Assembly (NCBI GenBank): GCA_964465375.1
Contig: CAYXIJ010000014.1
Coordinates: 735-64,734, forward strand
From: an uncultured Gammaproteobacteria bacterium
GTDB lineage: Bacteria > Pseudomonadota > Gammaproteobacteria > Steroidobacterales > Rariloculaceae
Direction of reading: 5' to 3'
DNA length: 64,000 nucleotides
Shown here: positions 12,522-24,778 of the stretch, in pieces
How the letters are laid out: each line of letters opens with the position of its first letter
Numbering within the stretch: position 1 is the first letter of the stretch
The notes under the pieces: generated by a model
What the model saw: only the letters and a program-made list of their open reading frames with translations
What the model was told of the DNA's origin: nothing
The model's database searches: none
Position numbers and translations under genes: made by a program

Positions 12522-14615
12522 GTGGCACGGCAGACTCCTATCGAGCGTTATCGCAATATCGGCATCATGGCCCATATCGACGCTGGCAAAACTACTACGA
12601 CTGAGCGCATCCTTTTTTATACAGGCGTCTCACACAAGATGGGGGAGGTGCATGACGGCGCTGCGGTGATGGATTGGATGGAGCAAGAACAAGAGCGCGG
12701 CATTACTATTACTTCGGCGGCGACAACTTGTTTTTGGAAAGGTATGGACCAACGTCATCCTGAATATCGAATTAATATTATAGATACTCCTGGTCACGTA
12801 GATTTCACTATCGAGGTAGAGCGTAGTCTTCGGGTACTTGATGGTGCAATAGCAGTTTTCTGTTCTGTGGGAGGGGTAGAACCCCAGTCAGAAACGGTTT
12901 GGCGTCAGGCTGATAGGTATGGTGTGCCGCGACTTGCCTTTATTAATAAGATGGATAGGGCAGGTTCCGATTATTTTCGGGTAGTTGATCAGATCCAAGA
13001 TCGCTTGGGCGGAAAACCAGTGATATTGCAGATTCCTATGGGTACCGAAGATAAATTTCGAGGCGTTGTAGACTTGATCAAGATGAAGGCAATTTCTTGG
13101 GATGATCAGACTCAGGGCATGGCATTTGAGGAACAGGAAATTCCGGAGGAGTTTGTAGTTCAGGCACAGGAGTTGAGAGAAAAACTTACTGAATCAGCCG
13201 CTGAAGGGGATGAAGCACTTTTAGATGCTTACTTGAAGACAGGTGATTTAGGTACTGATGAAATAAAAAGGGGCCTCAGGATTCTTTGTGTCGCAGGTAA
13301 AATTACCCCGGTACTCTGTGGATCAGCTTTCAAGAACAAGGGCGTACAGGCCGTTTTGGATGCAGTAGTGGATTATTTGCCGTCTCCCGCTGAGCGACCC
13401 CCAATTAAGGGACTTCTAGAAAATGATATGGAAGATGAGCGTCCTGCCATTGATGATGCTCCATTTGCTGCATTGGCATTTAAAATAGCAACAGATCCGT
13501 TTGTCGGAAACTTAACTTTTTTTCGAGTGTATTCTGGGACTCTTAGCTCTGGTGACAACGTTTATAACCTTGGCAAAAGGAAAAAGGAGCGTATCGGGCG
13601 GATTTTACAAATGCACTCTAATGATCGAGAAGAACTCCAGGAAGTTCGGGCTGGGGATATTGCAGCGGCGGTAGGACTTAAGGATGTCACAACTGGTGAT
13701 AGTTTGAGCGACCCTAATGCTGCAATAGAGTTAGAGCGCATGGAATTTCCTGACCCAGTGATTTCGGTGGCTGTTGAGCCTAAAACCAAGGTTGACCAAG
13801 ACAAAATGGGAATGGCGCTAAGCAAGCTTGCTAAGGAGGATCCTTCTTTCCGTATTCATACAGACGAAGAGTCTGCACAGACTATTATTTCGGGAATGGG
13901 TGAGCTTCACTTAGAAATCATCGTAGATCGTTTGAAGCGCGAGTTTAATGTTGATGCGAATGTAGGTAAGCCCCAAGTTGCCTACAGGGAAACGATCCAA
14001 AGGTCTGTTGAACAAGAAGGTCGTTTTGTGCGTCAAACTGGTGGCCGAGGTCAGTACGGACACGTGTTTTTGAGAATTGAGCCGCTGGAATCTGGTACTG
14101 GATTTAAGTTTGTAAATGAGATCGTTGGAGGTGCAATTCCGCGCGAGTATATACCGGCAGTGAGCAAAGGGGTACAAGAACAGATGGGTAATGGGGTAAT
14201 TGCTGGTTACCCAATGGTGGATTGCAAGGTCAGTTTATTTGATGGCTCATTTCACGATGTGGACTCGAGTGAAATCGCTTTTAAGATTGCTGGGTCCATG
14301 GCCTTCAAGGATGGTGCAGTTAAGGCTAGCCCCGTGCTTTTGGAGCCAGTTATGAGCGTAGAGGTAGTTACACCACAGGAATACATGGGTGACGTAAACG
14401 GGGACCTTAGTCGTCGTCGTGGAATTTTGCAGGGACTAGAGGATAGTCCGGCCGGTAAAATCATACGAGCTGAGGTTCCATTAGCAGAAATGTTTGGTTA
14501 TGCGACTGACCTTCGCTCTATGAGTCAAGGGCGGGCTACATATTCGATGGAGTTTGCGCGCTACTCTAAGATACCGTCAAGTGTGGCTGCGTCCATAATC
14601 AAGGAAAGAGCCTGA
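12522..14615 (+). CDS. fusA: Elongation factor G
   Basis: [30 protein letters not shown]; GTG start. Confidence 0.99.
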   Translation: MARQTPIERYRNIGIMAHIDAGKTTTTERILFYTGVSHKMGEVHDGAAVMDWMEQEQERGITITSAATTCFWKGMDQRHPEYRINIIDTPGHVDFTIEVERSLRVLDGAIAVFCSVGGVEPQSETVWRQADRYGVPRLAFINKMDRAGSDYFRVVDQIQDRLGGKPVILQIPMGTEDKFRGVVDLIKMKAISWDDQTQGMAFEEQEIPEEFVVQAQELREKLTESAAEGDEALLDAYLKTGDLGTDEIKRGLRILCVAGKITPVLCGSAFKNKGVQAVLDAVVDYLPSPAERPPIKGLLENDMEDERPAIDDAPFAALAFKIATDPFVGNLTFFRVYSGTLSSGDNVYNLGKRKKERIGRILQMHSNDREELQEVRAGDIAAAVGLKDVTTGDSLSDPNAAIELERMEFPDPVISVAVEPKTKVDQDKMGMALSKLAKEDPSFRIHTDEESAQTIISGMGELHLEIIVDRLKREFNVDANVGKPQVAYRETIQRSVEQEGRFVRQTGGRGQYGHVFLRIEPLESGTGFKFVNEIVGGAIPREYIPAVSKGVQEQMGNGVIAGYPMVDCKVSLFDGSFHDVDSSEIAFKIAGSMAFKDGAVKASPVLLEPVMSVEVVTPQEYMGDVNGDLSRRRGILQGLEDSPAGKIIRAEVPLAEMFGYATDLRSMSQGRATYSMEFARYSKIPSSVAASIIKERA

Positions 14616-14658
14616 CATATAGGTTAAATGTCAAAATACACCGTAGAGGTAGTTAATT

Positions 14659-15849
14659 GTGTCCAAAGAAAAATTTGAGCGAACTAAGCCACATGTGAAT
14701 GTGGGGACGATAGGCCACGTGGATCATGGAAAAACGACACTGACCGCGGCGCTAACGAAAGCAATGGCTGAGAAGCACGGTGGTGACACCATTGCATTTG
14801 ATCAGATTGATAATGCGCCAGAAGAGAGAGAGCGTGGTATCACGATTGCTACGGCACATGTGGAGTACGAGAGCGATAGCCGACATTATGCGCATGTGGA
14901 TTGTCCGGGCCATGCTGATTATGTGAAAAACATGATCACAGGTGCGGCACAGATGGATGGTGCGATATTAGTTGTATCGGCAGCAGATGGCCCGATGCCG
15001 CAAACTCGTGAACATATCTTATTGGCACGCCAGGTAGGTGTTCCATTCATCGTGGTGTATCTAAATAAAGCAGACACGGTAGATGATGAGGAACTGCTGG
15101 AGCTTGTTGAGCTGGAAGTTCGGGATTTATTATCGACGTATGAATTTCCCGGAGATGACACACCCATTATTACCGGGAGCGCGTTGAAAGCATTGGAGGG
15201 TGATTCTTCTGACCTTGGTACGCCGAGTATCGATAAGTTGGTTGAGGCGCTGGATGCGTATGTACCGATTCCTGACCGCCCAGTTGATGGGGCGTTTTTG
15301 ATGCCAATTGAAGATGTATTTTCGATTTCGGGCCGAGGTACGGTAGTGACGGGAAGAATCGAACGAGGCATTGTAAAAGTCGGAGAAGAGGTTGAAATCG
15401 TCGGGATTAAGGAAACGACGAAAACTACGTGCACGGGAGTGGAGATGTTTAGGAAGCTGCTCGACGAGGGTCAGGCAGGTGATAACGCTGGGGTACTTCT
15501 GAGGGGTACTAAGCGTGAAGAGGTTGTACGAGGCCAAGTTTTGGCGAAACCAAGCTCAATCACGCCGCACACTAAATTTGAGGCCGAGGTCTATATTCTT
15601 ACGAAGGAAGAGGGTGGCAGACATACACCATTTTTTAAAGGTTACAGACCGCAGTTTTATTTCCGTACGACAGACGTAACCGGGGCCGTAGAATTACCCG
15701 AGGCAACAGAGATGGTGATGCCGGGGGACAACATTCAGATGAAAGTAGATCTGATTGCCCCGATTGCGATGGAGGAGGGATTGAGGTTTGCGATACGCGA
15801 GGGTGGCCGCACTGTTGGTGCAGGTGTTGTTGCAAAGATTACTGAGTAG
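14659..15849 (+). CDS. tuf: Elongation factor Tu
   Basis: [30 protein letters not shown]; GTG start. Confidence 0.99.
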   Translation: MSKEKFERTKPHVNVGTIGHVDHGKTTLTAALTKAMAEKHGGDTIAFDQIDNAPEERERGITIATAHVEYESDSRHYAHVDCPGHADYVKNMITGAAQMDGAILVVSAADGPMPQTREHILLARQVGVPFIVVYLNKADTVDDEELLELVELEVRDLLSTYEFPGDDTPIITGSALKALEGDSSDLGTPSIDKLVEALDAYVPIPDRPVDGAFLMPIEDVFSISGRGTVVTGRIERGIVKVGEEVEIVGIKETTKTTCTGVEMFRKLLDEGQAGDNAGVLLRGTKREEVVRGQVLAKPSSITPHTKFEAEVYILTKEEGGRHTPFFKGYRPQFYFRTTDVTGAVELPEATEMVMPGDNIQMKVDLIAPIAMEEGLRFAIREGGRTVGAGVVAKITE

Positions 15850-15941
15850 CTAGGTCATGATGGTATGCTACCTACTCCTGTGTTCGCTGAAAATGCCTTA
15901 TAGTTACAATTGGCTGACGCAGCATAAAGCGTGAGGGATAA

Positions 15942-16256
15942 ATGGCAACTGACCAGAATATAAGAATAAGACTTAAGGCCTATGATCACCGGCTTATAGA
16001 CAGATCTGCTAAGGAAATTGTGGAAACGGCTAAAAGGACTGGGGCTACAGTAAAAGGACCAGTACCGCTACCTACCAAGATCGAGCGTTATACGGTACTA
16101 ATTTCACCTCATGTCAATAAAGATGCGCGGGATCAGTATGAACTACTAACTCACAAGCGGTTGATGGATATTGTCGATCCGACTGATAAAACTGTCGATG
16201 CTTTGATGAAGCTTGAACTGCCAGCTGGGGTGGATGTTCAGATCAAGCTAAATTGA
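15942..16256 (+). CDS. rpsJ: 30S ribosomal protein S10
   Basis: [30 protein letters not shown]. Confidence 0.98.
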   Translation: MATDQNIRIRLKAYDHRLIDRSAKEIVETAKRTGATVKGPVPLPTKIERYTVLISPHVNKDARDQYELLTHKRLMDIVDPTDKTVDALMKLELPAGVDVQIKLN

Positions 16257-16288
16257 GTTCGTTCAATGGGTGCTCCCTAGTGTACAAT

Positions 16289-16476
16289 AACCGGCTCCGT
16301 TGGTTCGGATAGGCGCTGCCGCCTCCGAGCCGCATTACGGCTAAGGGGGTTCGCCGGTAATTTCTTCCGGCAACTATCGTTTTTGAGGCCCGGCTAGAGC
16401 AGATAATAGCCAGGCCCTTTGGCTGCCAGTATCGAGTTTTTTGTGCTGGCTGAAGCGCTGACCCGTTGGGTAGCGC
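16289..16476 (+). ncRNA. Candidate structured cis-regulatory RNA upstream of rplC (family unassigned)
   Basis: Run of GC-rich stem-loops at about 16302-16331, 16328-16342, 16349-16374, 16387-16416, 16425-16450 and 16455-16476 in a 240-nt spacer. Confidence 0.5.
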
Positions 16477-16496
16477 GGATATAGAGGATCTGACAG

Positions 16497-17147
16497 ATGC
16501 CAATCGGGCTAGTTGGCCGTAAGTGCGGTATGACCCGCATATTCACGGAAATAGGTGAGTCGATACCGGTCACGGTGATCGAAGCGTTGCCCAATCGCGT
16601 TGCTCAGGTAAAGAATGAGGATAGAGATGGTTACCGCGCAATTCAGGTAACCGTGGGAACTCGGAAACGTAGTGTTGCCAAACCACAAGCAGGGCATTTT
16701 GAGGCGGCTAAGGTTGAGCCAGGCAACGGTCTCTGGGAGTTTCGATTGGCGGATGCTGAGGGGGATGAACTTGCACTTGGAAAGGAACTCAAGGTGGATC
16801 TTTTTCAGGACGGTCAGCTAGTCGATGTGATCGGCACCTCAAAGGGTAAAGGTTTTGCGGGCGCTGTTAAGCGCCACAATTTCAGCACTCAAGATGCTAC
16901 CCATGGTAATTCATTAGCTCACCGGGCTCCGGGATCCATCGGACAGAATCAAACCCCCGGAAGGGTCTTTAAGGGTAAGAAGATGGCAGGTCAGATGGGA
17001 AATGTACGTCGTACATCATCTAATCTTCAGGTCGTTCGAGTGGATGCTAAGCGAAATTTGATATTGGTCAAGGGTGCCATTCCGGGGTCAGCAGGAGGTA
17101 GGGTTATCGTGCGCCCTGCTATAAAAAGCGTTGAAAAGGATTCATAG
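16497..17147 (+). CDS. rplC: 50S ribosomal protein L3
   Basis: [42 protein letters not shown]. Confidence 0.98.
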   Translation: MPIGLVGRKCGMTRIFTEIGESIPVTVIEALPNRVAQVKNEDRDGYRAIQVTVGTRKRSVAKPQAGHFEAAKVEPGNGLWEFRLADAEGDELALGKELKVDLFQDGQLVDVIGTSKGKGFAGAVKRHNFSTQDATHGNSLAHRAPGSIGQNQTPGRVFKGKKMAGQMGNVRRTSSNLQVVRVDAKRNLILVKGAIPGSAGGRVIVRPAIKSVEKDS

Positions 17148-17155
17148 GGTTTTTT

Positions 17156-17761
17156 GTGAAATTAAAATTACATGGCGGGGAAATGAGTGTGGAGCTTAAC
17201 GACTCTTTTTTTGCTGTGGATTTCAATGAAGCCTTGGTGCACCAAGTAGTTACTGCTTATTTGTCTGGTCGCCGACGTGGAACAAAGGCCCAGAAAACCC
17301 GGGCCCAGGTTCGGGGTGGTGGCGCCAAGCCTTGGAGACAAAAAGGCACTGGACGGGCGCGGGTTGGCTCGTCACGGAACCCTGTGTGGGTGGGAGGAGG
17401 TAGAGCATTTGCTGCGCAGCCAAGAAGTTTTAGTCAAAAAGTAAATCGAAAAATGTACCGTGGTGCGATGAAATCCATATTTTCAGAACTTATTCGCCAG
17501 GATCGGCTAATAATTGCTGAAGAATTTGGTGTAAGTGCACCCAAGACCAAAGAATTAAAGAGCAAGCTTAAGGAACTGGGCCTTGAGAATGTTCTCATCG
17601 TAATAGAAGCATTTGATGCAAATTTATTTTTGGCCGCAAGAAATTTGTCATGGGTCCATGTTCAAGAGGTTCAGGCTGTTGATCCCGCTAGTGTTGCAAA
17701 TCATGACCATGTGTTAATGACTGTTGCTGCAGTCAAGTTACTGGAGGAGCGCTTGCAATGA
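17156..17761 (+). CDS. rplD: 50S ribosomal protein L4
   Basis: [21 protein letters not shown]; GTG start. Confidence 0.98.
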   Translation: MKLKLHGGEMSVELNDSFFAVDFNEALVHQVVTAYLSGRRRGTKAQKTRAQVRGGGAKPWRQKGTGRARVGSSRNPVWVGGGRAFAAQPRSFSQKVNRKMYRGAMKSIFSELIRQDRLIIAEEFGVSAPKTKELKSKLKELGLENVLIVIEAFDANLFLAARNLSWVHVQEVQAVDPASVANHDHVLMTVAAVKLLEERLQ

Positions 17762-18066
17762 GCCTTAATGGGAGTCAAGAGCGTTTAATGACTATTTTGT
17801 TGGGACCTCATATTTCGGAGAAAGCCTCAGCACGATCCGATGAAAGCAATCAAGTGGTATTTAAGGTTCGAAGAGATGCAACCAAACAAGAGATTTGTCG
17901 GGCAGTGCAGACACTGTTCGAGGTAGAGGTGGATAAGGTTACAGTGGTTCATATGCCGGGGAAAATTAGGAAATACGGAAGAACTATTGGGAGGCGTTCA
18001 TCATGGAAAAAGGCCTATGTGCGATTGGCGCCAGGACACGACATTAATTTTTTGGGCTCTGAGTGA
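17758..18066 (+). CDS. rplW: 50S ribosomal protein L23
   Basis: [15 protein letters not shown]; ATGA overlap with rplD. Confidence 0.97.
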   Translation: MSLNGSQERLMTILLGPHISEKASARSDESNQVVFKVRRDATKQEICRAVQTLFEVEVDKVTVVHMPGKIRKYGRTIGRRSSWKKAYVRLAPGHDINFLGSE

Positions 18067-18082
18067 TTAATCGGGTGGCATA

Positions 18083-18910
18083 GTGTCTGTACGCAAAGCA
18101 AAACCAACCTCAGCGGGACGTCGCTTCGTCGTTCGTGTAGTGCGGGAGGACCTTCATAAAGGTAAGTCCTACGAACCTTTATTAGTGTCTAAATCCTCGA
18201 GTGGTGGTCGTAATAGCCAAGGCCGAATCACGACCAGACATCGTGGTGGTGGACATAAGCGTCATTATCGGATCGTCGATTTTAAGAGGACTAAGGATGG
18301 AATTGCTGGGCATGTTGAGCGCATTGAATACGATCCGAATAGAAGTGCTCATCTTGCTTTGGTGCTTTATGCAGATGGAGAGCGGCGCTACATTTTGGCA
18401 CCGAGGCGGGCTAAAGTTGGTGACCCAATACAGTCAGGCTCAGATGCTCCGATTAAGCCAGGTAACTCGTTACCTTTGAAAAATATTCCTTTGGGTACTT
18501 TAGTGCATTGTGTTGAGATGAAGTCTGGCAAAGGCGGTCAGCTGGCTCGTAGTGCCGGAGCTTCTGTGCAGATAATGGCGAGAGACGGGCAATACGCGAC
18601 ACTCAGGTTGCGCTCAGGTGAAGTGCGAAGGATACACGTGGATTGCCGAGCTACGATCGGCGAGGTTGGTAACTATGAACATAATCTTCGCAAGCTTGGC
18701 AAAGCAGGGGCAAAACGTTGGCGTGGTGTGCGTCCGACGGTAAGGGGTGTTGTCATGAATCCAGTGGATCATCCTCACGGCGGGGGTGAGGGACGAAGTT
18801 CTGGCGGACGCCACCCGGTAACTCCGTGGGGCGTGCCCACCAAAGGTTTTAAGACGCGGAACAATAAGCGGACGAATAATATGATTGTCCGTCGGCGCAA
18901 ACAGAAATAG
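18083..18910 (+). CDS. rplB: 50S ribosomal protein L2
   Basis: [21 protein letters not shown]; GTG start. Confidence 0.99.
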   Translation: MSVRKAKPTSAGRRFVVRVVREDLHKGKSYEPLLVSKSSSGGRNSQGRITTRHRGGGHKRHYRIVDFKRTKDGIAGHVERIEYDPNRSAHLALVLYADGERRYILAPRRAKVGDPIQSGSDAPIKPGNSLPLKNIPLGTLVHCVEMKSGKGGQLARSAGASVQIMARDGQYATLRLRSGEVRRIHVDCRATIGEVGNYEHNLRKLGKAGAKRWRGVRPTVRGVVMNPVDHPHGGGEGRSSGGRHPVTPWGVPTKGFKTRNNKRTNNMIVRRRKQK

Positions 18911-18919
18911 GGATTACTC

Positions 18920-19195
18920 ATGCCTAGGTCGATTAAGAAAGGTCCATTTGTCGATACACATCTTAGTAAGAAGATTAGTCGAGCCGCTCAGACAAATGAT
19001 CGTAGGCCAATTAAAACTTGGTCTCGGCGCTCGATGATTGTTCCGGAGATGGTCGGGTTAACGATTGCAGTTCACAATGGTAGACAACATGTGCCTATCC
19101 TTGTTTCGGAGAACATGGTTGGTCATAAGCTTGGAGAATTTGCTATGACAAGAACTTTTAGGGCGCATTCTGGGGACCGGAAGTCTACTAGCTGA
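18920..19195 (+). CDS. rpsS: 30S ribosomal protein S19
   Basis: [22 protein letters not shown]. Confidence 0.98.
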   Translation: MPRSIKKGPFVDTHLSKKISRAAQTNDRRPIKTWSRRSMIVPEMVGLTIAVHNGRQHVPILVSENMVGHKLGEFAMTRTFRAHSGDRKSTS

Positions 19196-19215
19196 GTATT
19201 GTTTGGGTGGTATTA

Positions 19216-19548
19216 ATGGAAGTAACGGCAAAACTTAGACATGTGCGTGTCTCGCCTCAGAAGTGTCGGCTAGTGGCTGATCAAATCAGGGGACAGTCAG
19301 TTGAGCAGGCACTCAGGATACTTAATTTTAGTTCTAAGGGAGTAGCGCGCATACTGAGGAAGGTATTGGATTCGGCGATTGCAAATGCTGAGCACAACCA
19401 CAGTGCCAATATAGATGAGTTGAGAGTATCGGCTGTAGAAATAAGTGGGGCACCTACATTTTCACGGTATCGTCCGAGAGCTAAAGGGCGTGCTAATCAG
19501 ATTATTAAGCGCAACAGTCACATTGTAATTGAAGTAGCTGACGAGTAA
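19216..19548 (+). CDS. rplV: 50S ribosomal protein L22
   Basis: [30 protein letters not shown]; ATG 19216. Confidence 0.97.
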   Translation: MEVTAKLRHVRVSPQKCRLVADQIRGQSVEQALRILNFSSKGVARILRKVLDSAIANAEHNHSANIDELRVSAVEISGAPTFSRYRPRAKGRANQIIKRNSHIVIEVADE

Positions 19549-19550
19549 TT

Positions 19551-20231
19551 ATGGGACAAAAAGTTCATCCAATTGGGATACGTTTAGGTATTACTAAGGA
19601 GTGGGTCTCCAAGTGGTATGCTGATTCCCAGTCTTTTTCAGCATATGTTCAGCAAGACCATGAAGTCCGTGTCTTTCTTAAAGAGAAACTAAAGGATGCC
19701 TCGGTTAGCCGTATTCAAATTGAACGCCCAGCTAAGAAAGCCAATATAACGATCCACACAGCGCGTCCAGGTATTGTAATTGGTAAGAAGGGAGAGGACA
19801 TAGAGAAGCTGAGAATCGAAGTGGCCCAGATGCTCAAAATGGTCATTCACGATGTTCGTCTAAATATTTCTGAGATTCGAAAGCCGGAGTTGGACGCTCA
19901 ATTAGTAGCAGAGGGAATAGCGCAGCAGCTTGAGCGGCGGGTTATGTTCCGTCGGGCAATGCGTAGAGCCATAACTAATACCATGAGAATAGGTGCTGAA
20001 GGCATCAAGGTTAAGGTCGCCGGACGCCTCAATGGCGCAGAAATTGCCCGATCTGAAACCTACAGGGAAGGTAGTGTACCTCTGCACACATTACGCGCTG
20101 ATATTGATTATGGGTTAGCCGAAGCCCACACAACGTATGGAGTAATCGGGGTTAAGGTGTGGATATATCGAGGTGAAGTCTTTGAGTCTGCTGATGGGTC
20201 ACAAGAAGCGGCTGATACGGCGGGACGATAA
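19551..20231 (+). CDS. rpsC: 30S ribosomal protein S3
   Basis: [35 protein letters not shown]. Confidence 0.98.
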   Translation: MGQKVHPIGIRLGITKEWVSKWYADSQSFSAYVQQDHEVRVFLKEKLKDASVSRIQIERPAKKANITIHTARPGIVIGKKGEDIEKLRIEVAQMLKMVIHDVRLNISEIRKPELDAQLVAEGIAQQLERRVMFRRAMRRAITNTMRIGAEGIKVKVAGRLNGAEIARSETYREGSVPLHTLRADIDYGLAEAHTTYGVIGVKVWIYRGEVFESADGSQEAADTAGR

Positions 20232-20246
20232 TAGGTACTATCACAA

Positions 20247-20651
20247 ATGCTACAACCTAAAAGAACTAAATTCCGTAAACAGCACAAAGGTCGAAACCGG
20301 GGATTGGCGCAACGCGCCAATACCGTTAATTTTGGAGAATATGGCTTAAAATCAATTAGTCGGGGTGCTTTGACTGCACGACAGATCGAGGCTGCTCGGC
20401 GAGCTATGACAAGATACGTAAAGCGGCACGGAAAAATATGGATACGGGTTTTTCCGGATAAGCCGATTACCAAAAAACCCCTAGAAGTTAGACAAGGGAA
20501 AGGAAAAGGTAATGTGGAATACTGGGCTGCGTTGGTACAGCCTGGCCATTTGCTATACGAGATGTCGGGCGTGAGTGAAGATGTTGCACGCGAAGCTTTT
20601 AAGCGTGCTTCAGCAAAGCTCCCAGTTCAGACCATATTCGTATCACGATAA
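20247..20651 (+). CDS. rplP: 50S ribosomal protein L16
   Basis: [30 protein letters not shown]. Confidence 0.98.
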   Translation: MLQPKRTKFRKQHKGRNRGLAQRANTVNFGEYGLKSISRGALTARQIEAARRAMTRYVKRHGKIWIRVFPDKPITKKPLEVRQGKGKGNVEYWAALVQPGHLLYEMSGVSEDVAREAFKRASAKLPVQTIFVSR

Positions 20652-20658
20652 AAACAAG

Positions 20659-20850
20659 ATGAAGATCAAGAAATTAAGAGATATGCCTGATGCAGCCCTC
20701 GGTGAGGAGCTACTGAAAATTCGCCGCGAGCAATTTAACTTGCTTATGCAGAGTGCGAGTGGTCAGGGTGGTCGCCCGGATCAGAAGGGAAAGATGCGGA
20801 AAGATATAGCTCGCATTAAGACCTTACTGCGGGAACGATCTGATACCTAA
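20659..20850 (+). CDS. rpmC: 50S ribosomal protein L29
   Basis: REQFNL.MQ..SGQ...RKDIARIKT between rplP and rpsQ; start ATG 20659. Confidence 0.93.
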   Translation: MKIKKLRDMPDAALGEELLKIRREQFNLLMQSASGQGGRPDQKGKMRKDIARIKTLLRERSDT

Positions 20851-20871
20851 TAAATTATAAGGGAAGGCTTA

Positions 20872-21168
20872 ATGAGCACAGAAGAACAAATTACAGAGCA
20901 ACATTCTACAAAGAAGCAAAGGGTTCGTACGCTTGTTGGTCAGGTGGTGAGTACTAATATGGAAAAAAGTGTAGCTGTGGTTGTAGAGAGATTAGTACAG
21001 CATCCGGTTTACGGTAAATACATTCGCCGTAGTAATAAACTGTTAGCCCATGATGAATCTAATAGTTGCAAAGAAGGAGATAAGGTAGCGATTGCTGAGT
21101 GCCGTCCGATTTCAAAGCGAAAATCTTGGAAGGTTGTTGAAATTGTTCAGAAGTCAGCGGACTCTTGA
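20872..21168 (+). CDS. rpsQ: 30S ribosomal protein S17
   Basis: [23 protein letters not shown]. Confidence 0.97.
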   Translation: MSTEEQITEQHSTKKQRVRTLVGQVVSTNMEKSVAVVVERLVQHPVYGKYIRRSNKLLAHDESNSCKEGDKVAIAECRPISKRKSWKVVEIVQKSADS

Positions 21169-21196
21169 GTTGCTGAGTCAATGTGGAAATTAGGGA

Positions 21197-21565
21197 ATGA
21201 TCCAGTCACAGACAATACTAATGGCGGCAGACAACAGCGGAGCTCGCCGGATGATGTGCATAAAGGTGCTTGGCGGCTCAAAGCGCCGTTACGCGCGCAT
21301 AGGAGATGTCATTAAGGTGACTATAAAAGATGCAATTCCACGTGGTCGCGTGAAAAAAGGGGAAGTTTATAGCGCGGTGGTGGTGCGCACGAGCAAGGGA
21401 ATTCGTCGGTCTGATGGCTCAGCGATTCGGTTCGACAGTAACGCCGCAGTGCTTTTAGACAATCGATTGGAGCCTATTGGGACGCGTATTTTCGGACCAG
21501 TAACTCGAGAATTGCGTACGAGTCGTTTTATGAAAATTATTTCTTTGGCTCCGGAAGTTTTGTAA
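21197..21565 (+). CDS. rplN: 50S ribosomal protein L14
   Basis: [26 protein letters not shown]. Confidence 0.98.
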   Translation: MIQSQTILMAADNSGARRMMCIKVLGGSKRRYARIGDVIKVTIKDAIPRGRVKKGEVYSAVVVRTSKGIRRSDGSAIRFDSNAAVLLDNRLEPIGTRIFGPVTRELRTSRFMKIISLAPEVL

Positions 21566-21575
21566 TGGAGTTAGA

Positions 21576-21893
21576 TTGAAACGTATACGACAGGGTGATG
21601 AGGTTATTGTAATTGCCGGAAAAGATAGGGGTCGGCGAGGGACAGTATTGCGTGTCTTTAAGGATGACCGGGTTTTGGTGGAAGGAATTAATATTTGCCG
21701 TAAACATCAAAAACCAAATCCTAATGCTGGAGTTGCTGGGGGAATCATTGATAAGGAAATGCCCTTCGATATTTCTAATGTAATGGTCTATAACTCGGTG
21801 GCACAAAAAGGAGATCGGATCGGCCTAAAAAGACTGGAGGATGGCACTAAAGTGCGTTTTTTCAAATCAAACCAAGAAGTGTTGGATGCCTGA
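21576..21893 (+). CDS. rplX: 50S ribosomal protein L24
   Basis: [16 protein letters not shown] motif; TTG start with GGAG SD. Confidence 0.97.
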   Translation: MKRIRQGDEVIVIAGKDRGRRGTVLRVFKDDRVLVEGINICRKHQKPNPNAGVAGGIIDKEMPFDISNVMVYNSVAQKGDRIGLKRLEDGTKVRFFKSNQEVLDA

Positions 21894-21894
21894 C

Positions 21895-22434
21895 GTGAGT
21901 AGATTACAAGACTATTATATAAAGGAAATAATTCCTCAGCTTATGAAACGGCTGAAGCTTACAAATCCTATGGCTGTTCCGCGCATTAGAAAAATTACAT
22001 TGAATATGGGAGTGGGCGCCGCGCTGACAGACCGTAAAATTTTGGAGCATGCGGTGTCAGATATGTCACGCATTGCAGGACAGAAGCCGGTTGTGTGTAA
22101 CGCAAGAAAATCGGTAGCTACATTTAAGGTTCGAGCAGGCGTTCCAATTGGATGTAAGGTAACACTAAGAAGGGAACGTATGTATGAATTTCTTGATCGA
22201 TTAATTAGCGTAGCTATTCCGCGTATTCGTGATTTTCGCGGTCTCAGTGGGCGTTCATTTGATGGCCGAGGAAATTTTAGTATGGGCGTTAGCGAACAAA
22301 TTATTTTTCCTGAGATTGACTATGATCAGATCGATACTATTCGTGGTTTAGATATCACAATTACTACAACGGCAAAAAATAATGAGGAAGGGCGGGCGTT
22401 GTTGGAGGCATTCAGTTTTCCGCTCCGTGCATAG
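21895..22434 (+). CDS. rplE: 50S ribosomal protein L5
   Basis: [24 protein letters not shown]; start probably GTG 21895 (alternative ATG 21886). Confidence 0.97.
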   Translation: MSRLQDYYIKEIIPQLMKRLKLTNPMAVPRIRKITLNMGVGAALTDRKILEHAVSDMSRIAGQKPVVCNARKSVATFKVRAGVPIGCKVTLRRERMYEFLDRLISVAIPRIRDFRGLSGRSFDGRGNFSMGVSEQIIFPEIDYDQIDTIRGLDITITTTAKNNEEGRALLEAFSFPLRA

Positions 22435-22446
22435 AAAGAGGTAAGA

Positions 22447-22752
22447 ATGGCAAAAAAATCAATGATTGAACGTGAGTTGAAGCGAGTTGCTACGGTAAAA
22501 AAATACGCAGCAAAACGCGCGAAATATCGTAAAGTTATTCGTGATCCGAAATCATCTGAAGATGAACGTCAGATTGCTCAGTTGAAGCTGCAAGCGCTTC
22601 CAAGGGACGCAAGTCCGGTCCGCTTAAGAAATCGTTGCGCGATTTCTGGACGTCCCCATGGTTTTTATAGAAAGTTTGGACTTTCTAGAAATAAGTTGAG
22701 GGAAGCGACCATGCGAGGTGAAATTCCTGGTTTATCAAAGGCAAGTTGGTAA
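22447..22752 (+). CDS. rpsN: 30S ribosomal protein S14 (long form without zinc ribbon)
   Basis: [31 protein letters not shown]; 101 aa. Confidence 0.98.
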   Translation: MAKKSMIERELKRVATVKKYAAKRAKYRKVIRDPKSSEDERQIAQLKLQALPRDASPVRLRNRCAISGRPHGFYRKFGLSRNKLREATMRGEIPGLSKASW

Positions 22753-22768
22753 CTGAGGGTATTTAATT

Positions 22769-23161
22769 ATGATGACTGATCCCATTGCTGATTTATTGAC
22801 TCGCATTAGGAATGGCCAGAAAGCAAATAAGGTTTCTGTGTCGATACCAGCGTCCAAACTTAAACTCGCAGTGGCAAAAGTACTAGAAGCAGAGGGATAT
22901 GTTCTGGGTGTTTCTACAGAAAGTCGTGAAGGAAAACTATTGATTACGGTGGATCTTAAGCAATTTGACGGCAGACCAGTGATTGAGCGCATAGATCGTG
23001 CTTCTCGACCAGGCTTAAGAGTTTATGCACGCTCTAGAAACTTACCAAGCGTGCAGGGTGGACTTGGTATAGCCATTATTTCTACGTCCAACGGGGTGAT
23101 GACCGATCGTGAAGCCCGATCTAAAGGACTTGGAGGAGAAATCCTCTGTTTCGTTTCTTGA
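22769..23161 (+). CDS. rpsH: 30S ribosomal protein S8
   Basis: [31 protein letters not shown]. Confidence 0.98.
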   Translation: MMTDPIADLLTRIRNGQKANKVSVSIPASKLKLAVAKVLEAEGYVLGVSTESREGKLLITVDLKQFDGRPVIERIDRASRPGLRVYARSRNLPSVQGGLGIAIISTSNGVMTDREARSKGLGGEILCFVS

Positions 23162-23182
23162 TACGGTGGGGTTAGCCTCAAA

Positions 23183-23719
23183 ATGACTAGAGTTGCAAGA
23201 CGTCCAATCACGCTATCCAAAGGCATAGAGGTTGATTTGAAGGCTGACACTATAACCTTGAAGGGTCCGAATGGCAGTCTGAGTTTACTTCTTAATAAGG
23301 AGATTCAGGTTAGTCATGATGAATCGAATTTACTAGTGAGTACTCGATCAGGCAGTCGGTTTGCGAGAGCAATGGCAGGCACAACTCGTGCGTTAATTAA
23401 TAATATGGCCACGGGGGTTACCAACGGTTTTGAGCGTAAGCTTGAATTAGTCGGCGTGGGTTTTAGAGCTCGGGCTGCAGGAAATGCAGTGACTTTAAGT
23501 TTAGGTTTTTCGCATCCAGTTGAATATAAGGTTCCTGAGGGCATATCAGTTGAAACACCTACTCAGACCGAAATTATTGTGAAAGGGATGGATCGACAAC
23601 GTGTAGGTCAGGTTGCCGCTGAGATAAGGAATTTTCGTCCCCCGGAACCATACAAAGGAAAGGGTATTCGGTATTCAGACGAGCGAATTGTATTAAAGGA
23701 AGCCAAGAAACAACAATAG
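23183..23719 (+). CDS. rplF: 50S ribosomal protein L6
   Basis: [20 protein letters not shown]. Confidence 0.98.
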   Translation: MTRVARRPITLSKGIEVDLKADTITLKGPNGSLSLLLNKEIQVSHDESNLLVSTRSGSRFARAMAGTTRALINNMATGVTNGFERKLELVGVGFRARAAGNAVTLSLGFSHPVEYKVPEGISVETPTQTEIIVKGMDRQRVGQVAAEIRNFRPPEPYKGKGIRYSDERIVLKEAKKQQ

Positions 23720-23727
23720 AGTGTTCG

Positions 23728-24081
23728 ATGAATAAGAAGATAGAGCGCCACAGAAGAGCAAGAAAGGGTAGAAATAAGATTAAATCGATTGGTTTACATC
23801 GGCTTTGCGTTCATCGTACGCCGAGACATATCTATGCTCAGATAATTGCATCGGAGAAGGGTGATGTGGTCGTGAGTGCGTCTACTCTGACCAAGGAACT
23901 TGGTATTGGAATTCAGTCGGCAGGAAACGTTGCTGCAGCGGTGGCCGTTGGACAACTAATAGCCAAGCGCGCAAAAGAAAAAGGTGTTGAGCGCGTGGCC
24001 TTTGATCGTTCGGGTTTTAAGTTTCACGGCCGCATTAAAGCGTTGGCTGATGCAGCTCGAGAGGGAGGTCTGAGTTTTTAA
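23728..24081 (+). CDS. rplR: 50S ribosomal protein L18
   Basis: [32 protein letters not shown]. Confidence 0.98.
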   Translation: MNKKIERHRRARKGRNKIKSIGLHRLCVHRTPRHIYAQIIASEKGDVVVSASTLTKELGIGIQSAGNVAAAVAVGQLIAKRAKEKGVERVAFDRSGFKFHGRIKALADAAREGGLSF

Positions 24082-24096
24082 CTCGGAAGAATTGAG

Positions 24097-24585
24097 ATGG
24101 AAACAGTCGAAGAACTTCAAGAAAAACTTGTTGCTGTAAACCGCGTTGCAAAGGTTGTAAAAGGCGGCCGCCAATTCGGTTTTACAGCATTGACCGTGGT
24201 GGGCGATGGTAATGGGCGTGTCGGTTATGGGTATGGCAAGGCCCGTGAGCTTCCGCTGGCCATTCAAAAGGCTATGCAGGTTGCACGGAAAAGCCTCCAT
24301 ACAGTTTCTCTTAAAAATGAGACGCTGCAGTACGAACTCAAAGGAAGGCATGGAGCTACTAGGGTTTTAATGCAGCCCGCCTCGGAGGGTACGGGTATCA
24401 TTGCTGGTGGAGCTATGCGCGCGGTATTTGAATGCACTGGTATTCGCAACGTGCTGGCGAAAAGTTATGGTTCCAGAAATCCAATCAACGTGGTAAGAGC
24501 CACGGTGGAAGCGCTTGTTGCTATGAATTCCCCAGAACAAGTTGCTGCTAAAAGGGGCAAGAGTGTGGAAGAAATTTTTGGTTAA
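24097..24585 (+). CDS. rpsE: 30S ribosomal protein S5
   Basis: [23 protein letters not shown]. Confidence 0.98.
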   Translation: METVEELQEKLVAVNRVAKVVKGGRQFGFTALTVVGDGNGRVGYGYGKARELPLAIQKAMQVARKSLHTVSLKNETLQYELKGRHGATRVLMQPASEGTGIIAGGAMRAVFECTGIRNVLAKSYGSRNPINVVRATVEALVAMNSPEQVAAKRGKSVEEIFG

Positions 24586-24592
24586 AGTTGGC

Positions 24593-24775
24593 ATGGAAAA
24601 GAAAACATTGACCATTACGCTTATGAAGAGCAAATACGGACGAAGGCCTGGACATAAGCAATGTTTGTTAGGGTTGGGACTAAGGCGGCTTAATCAGTCG
24701 GTTGAAGTAGTTGATACTCCAGAGAATCGGGGCATGATTAACAAAGTTGCCTATCTTCTGAAGATTGAGGAATAA
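24593..24775 (+). CDS. rpmD: 50S ribosomal protein L30
   Basis: [18 protein letters not shown]; start ATG 24593. Confidence 0.96.
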   Translation: MEKKTLTITLMKSKYGRRPGHKQCLLGLGLRRLNQSVEVVDTPENRGMINKVAYLLKIEE

Positions 24776-24778
24776 CAG

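Noticed and set aside
16243-16503. 86-aa minus-strand ORF spanning the rpsJ-rplC spacer
   Set aside because: Overlaps both flanking genes and has no protein features; an open frame is expected by chance in GC-rich hairpin sequence
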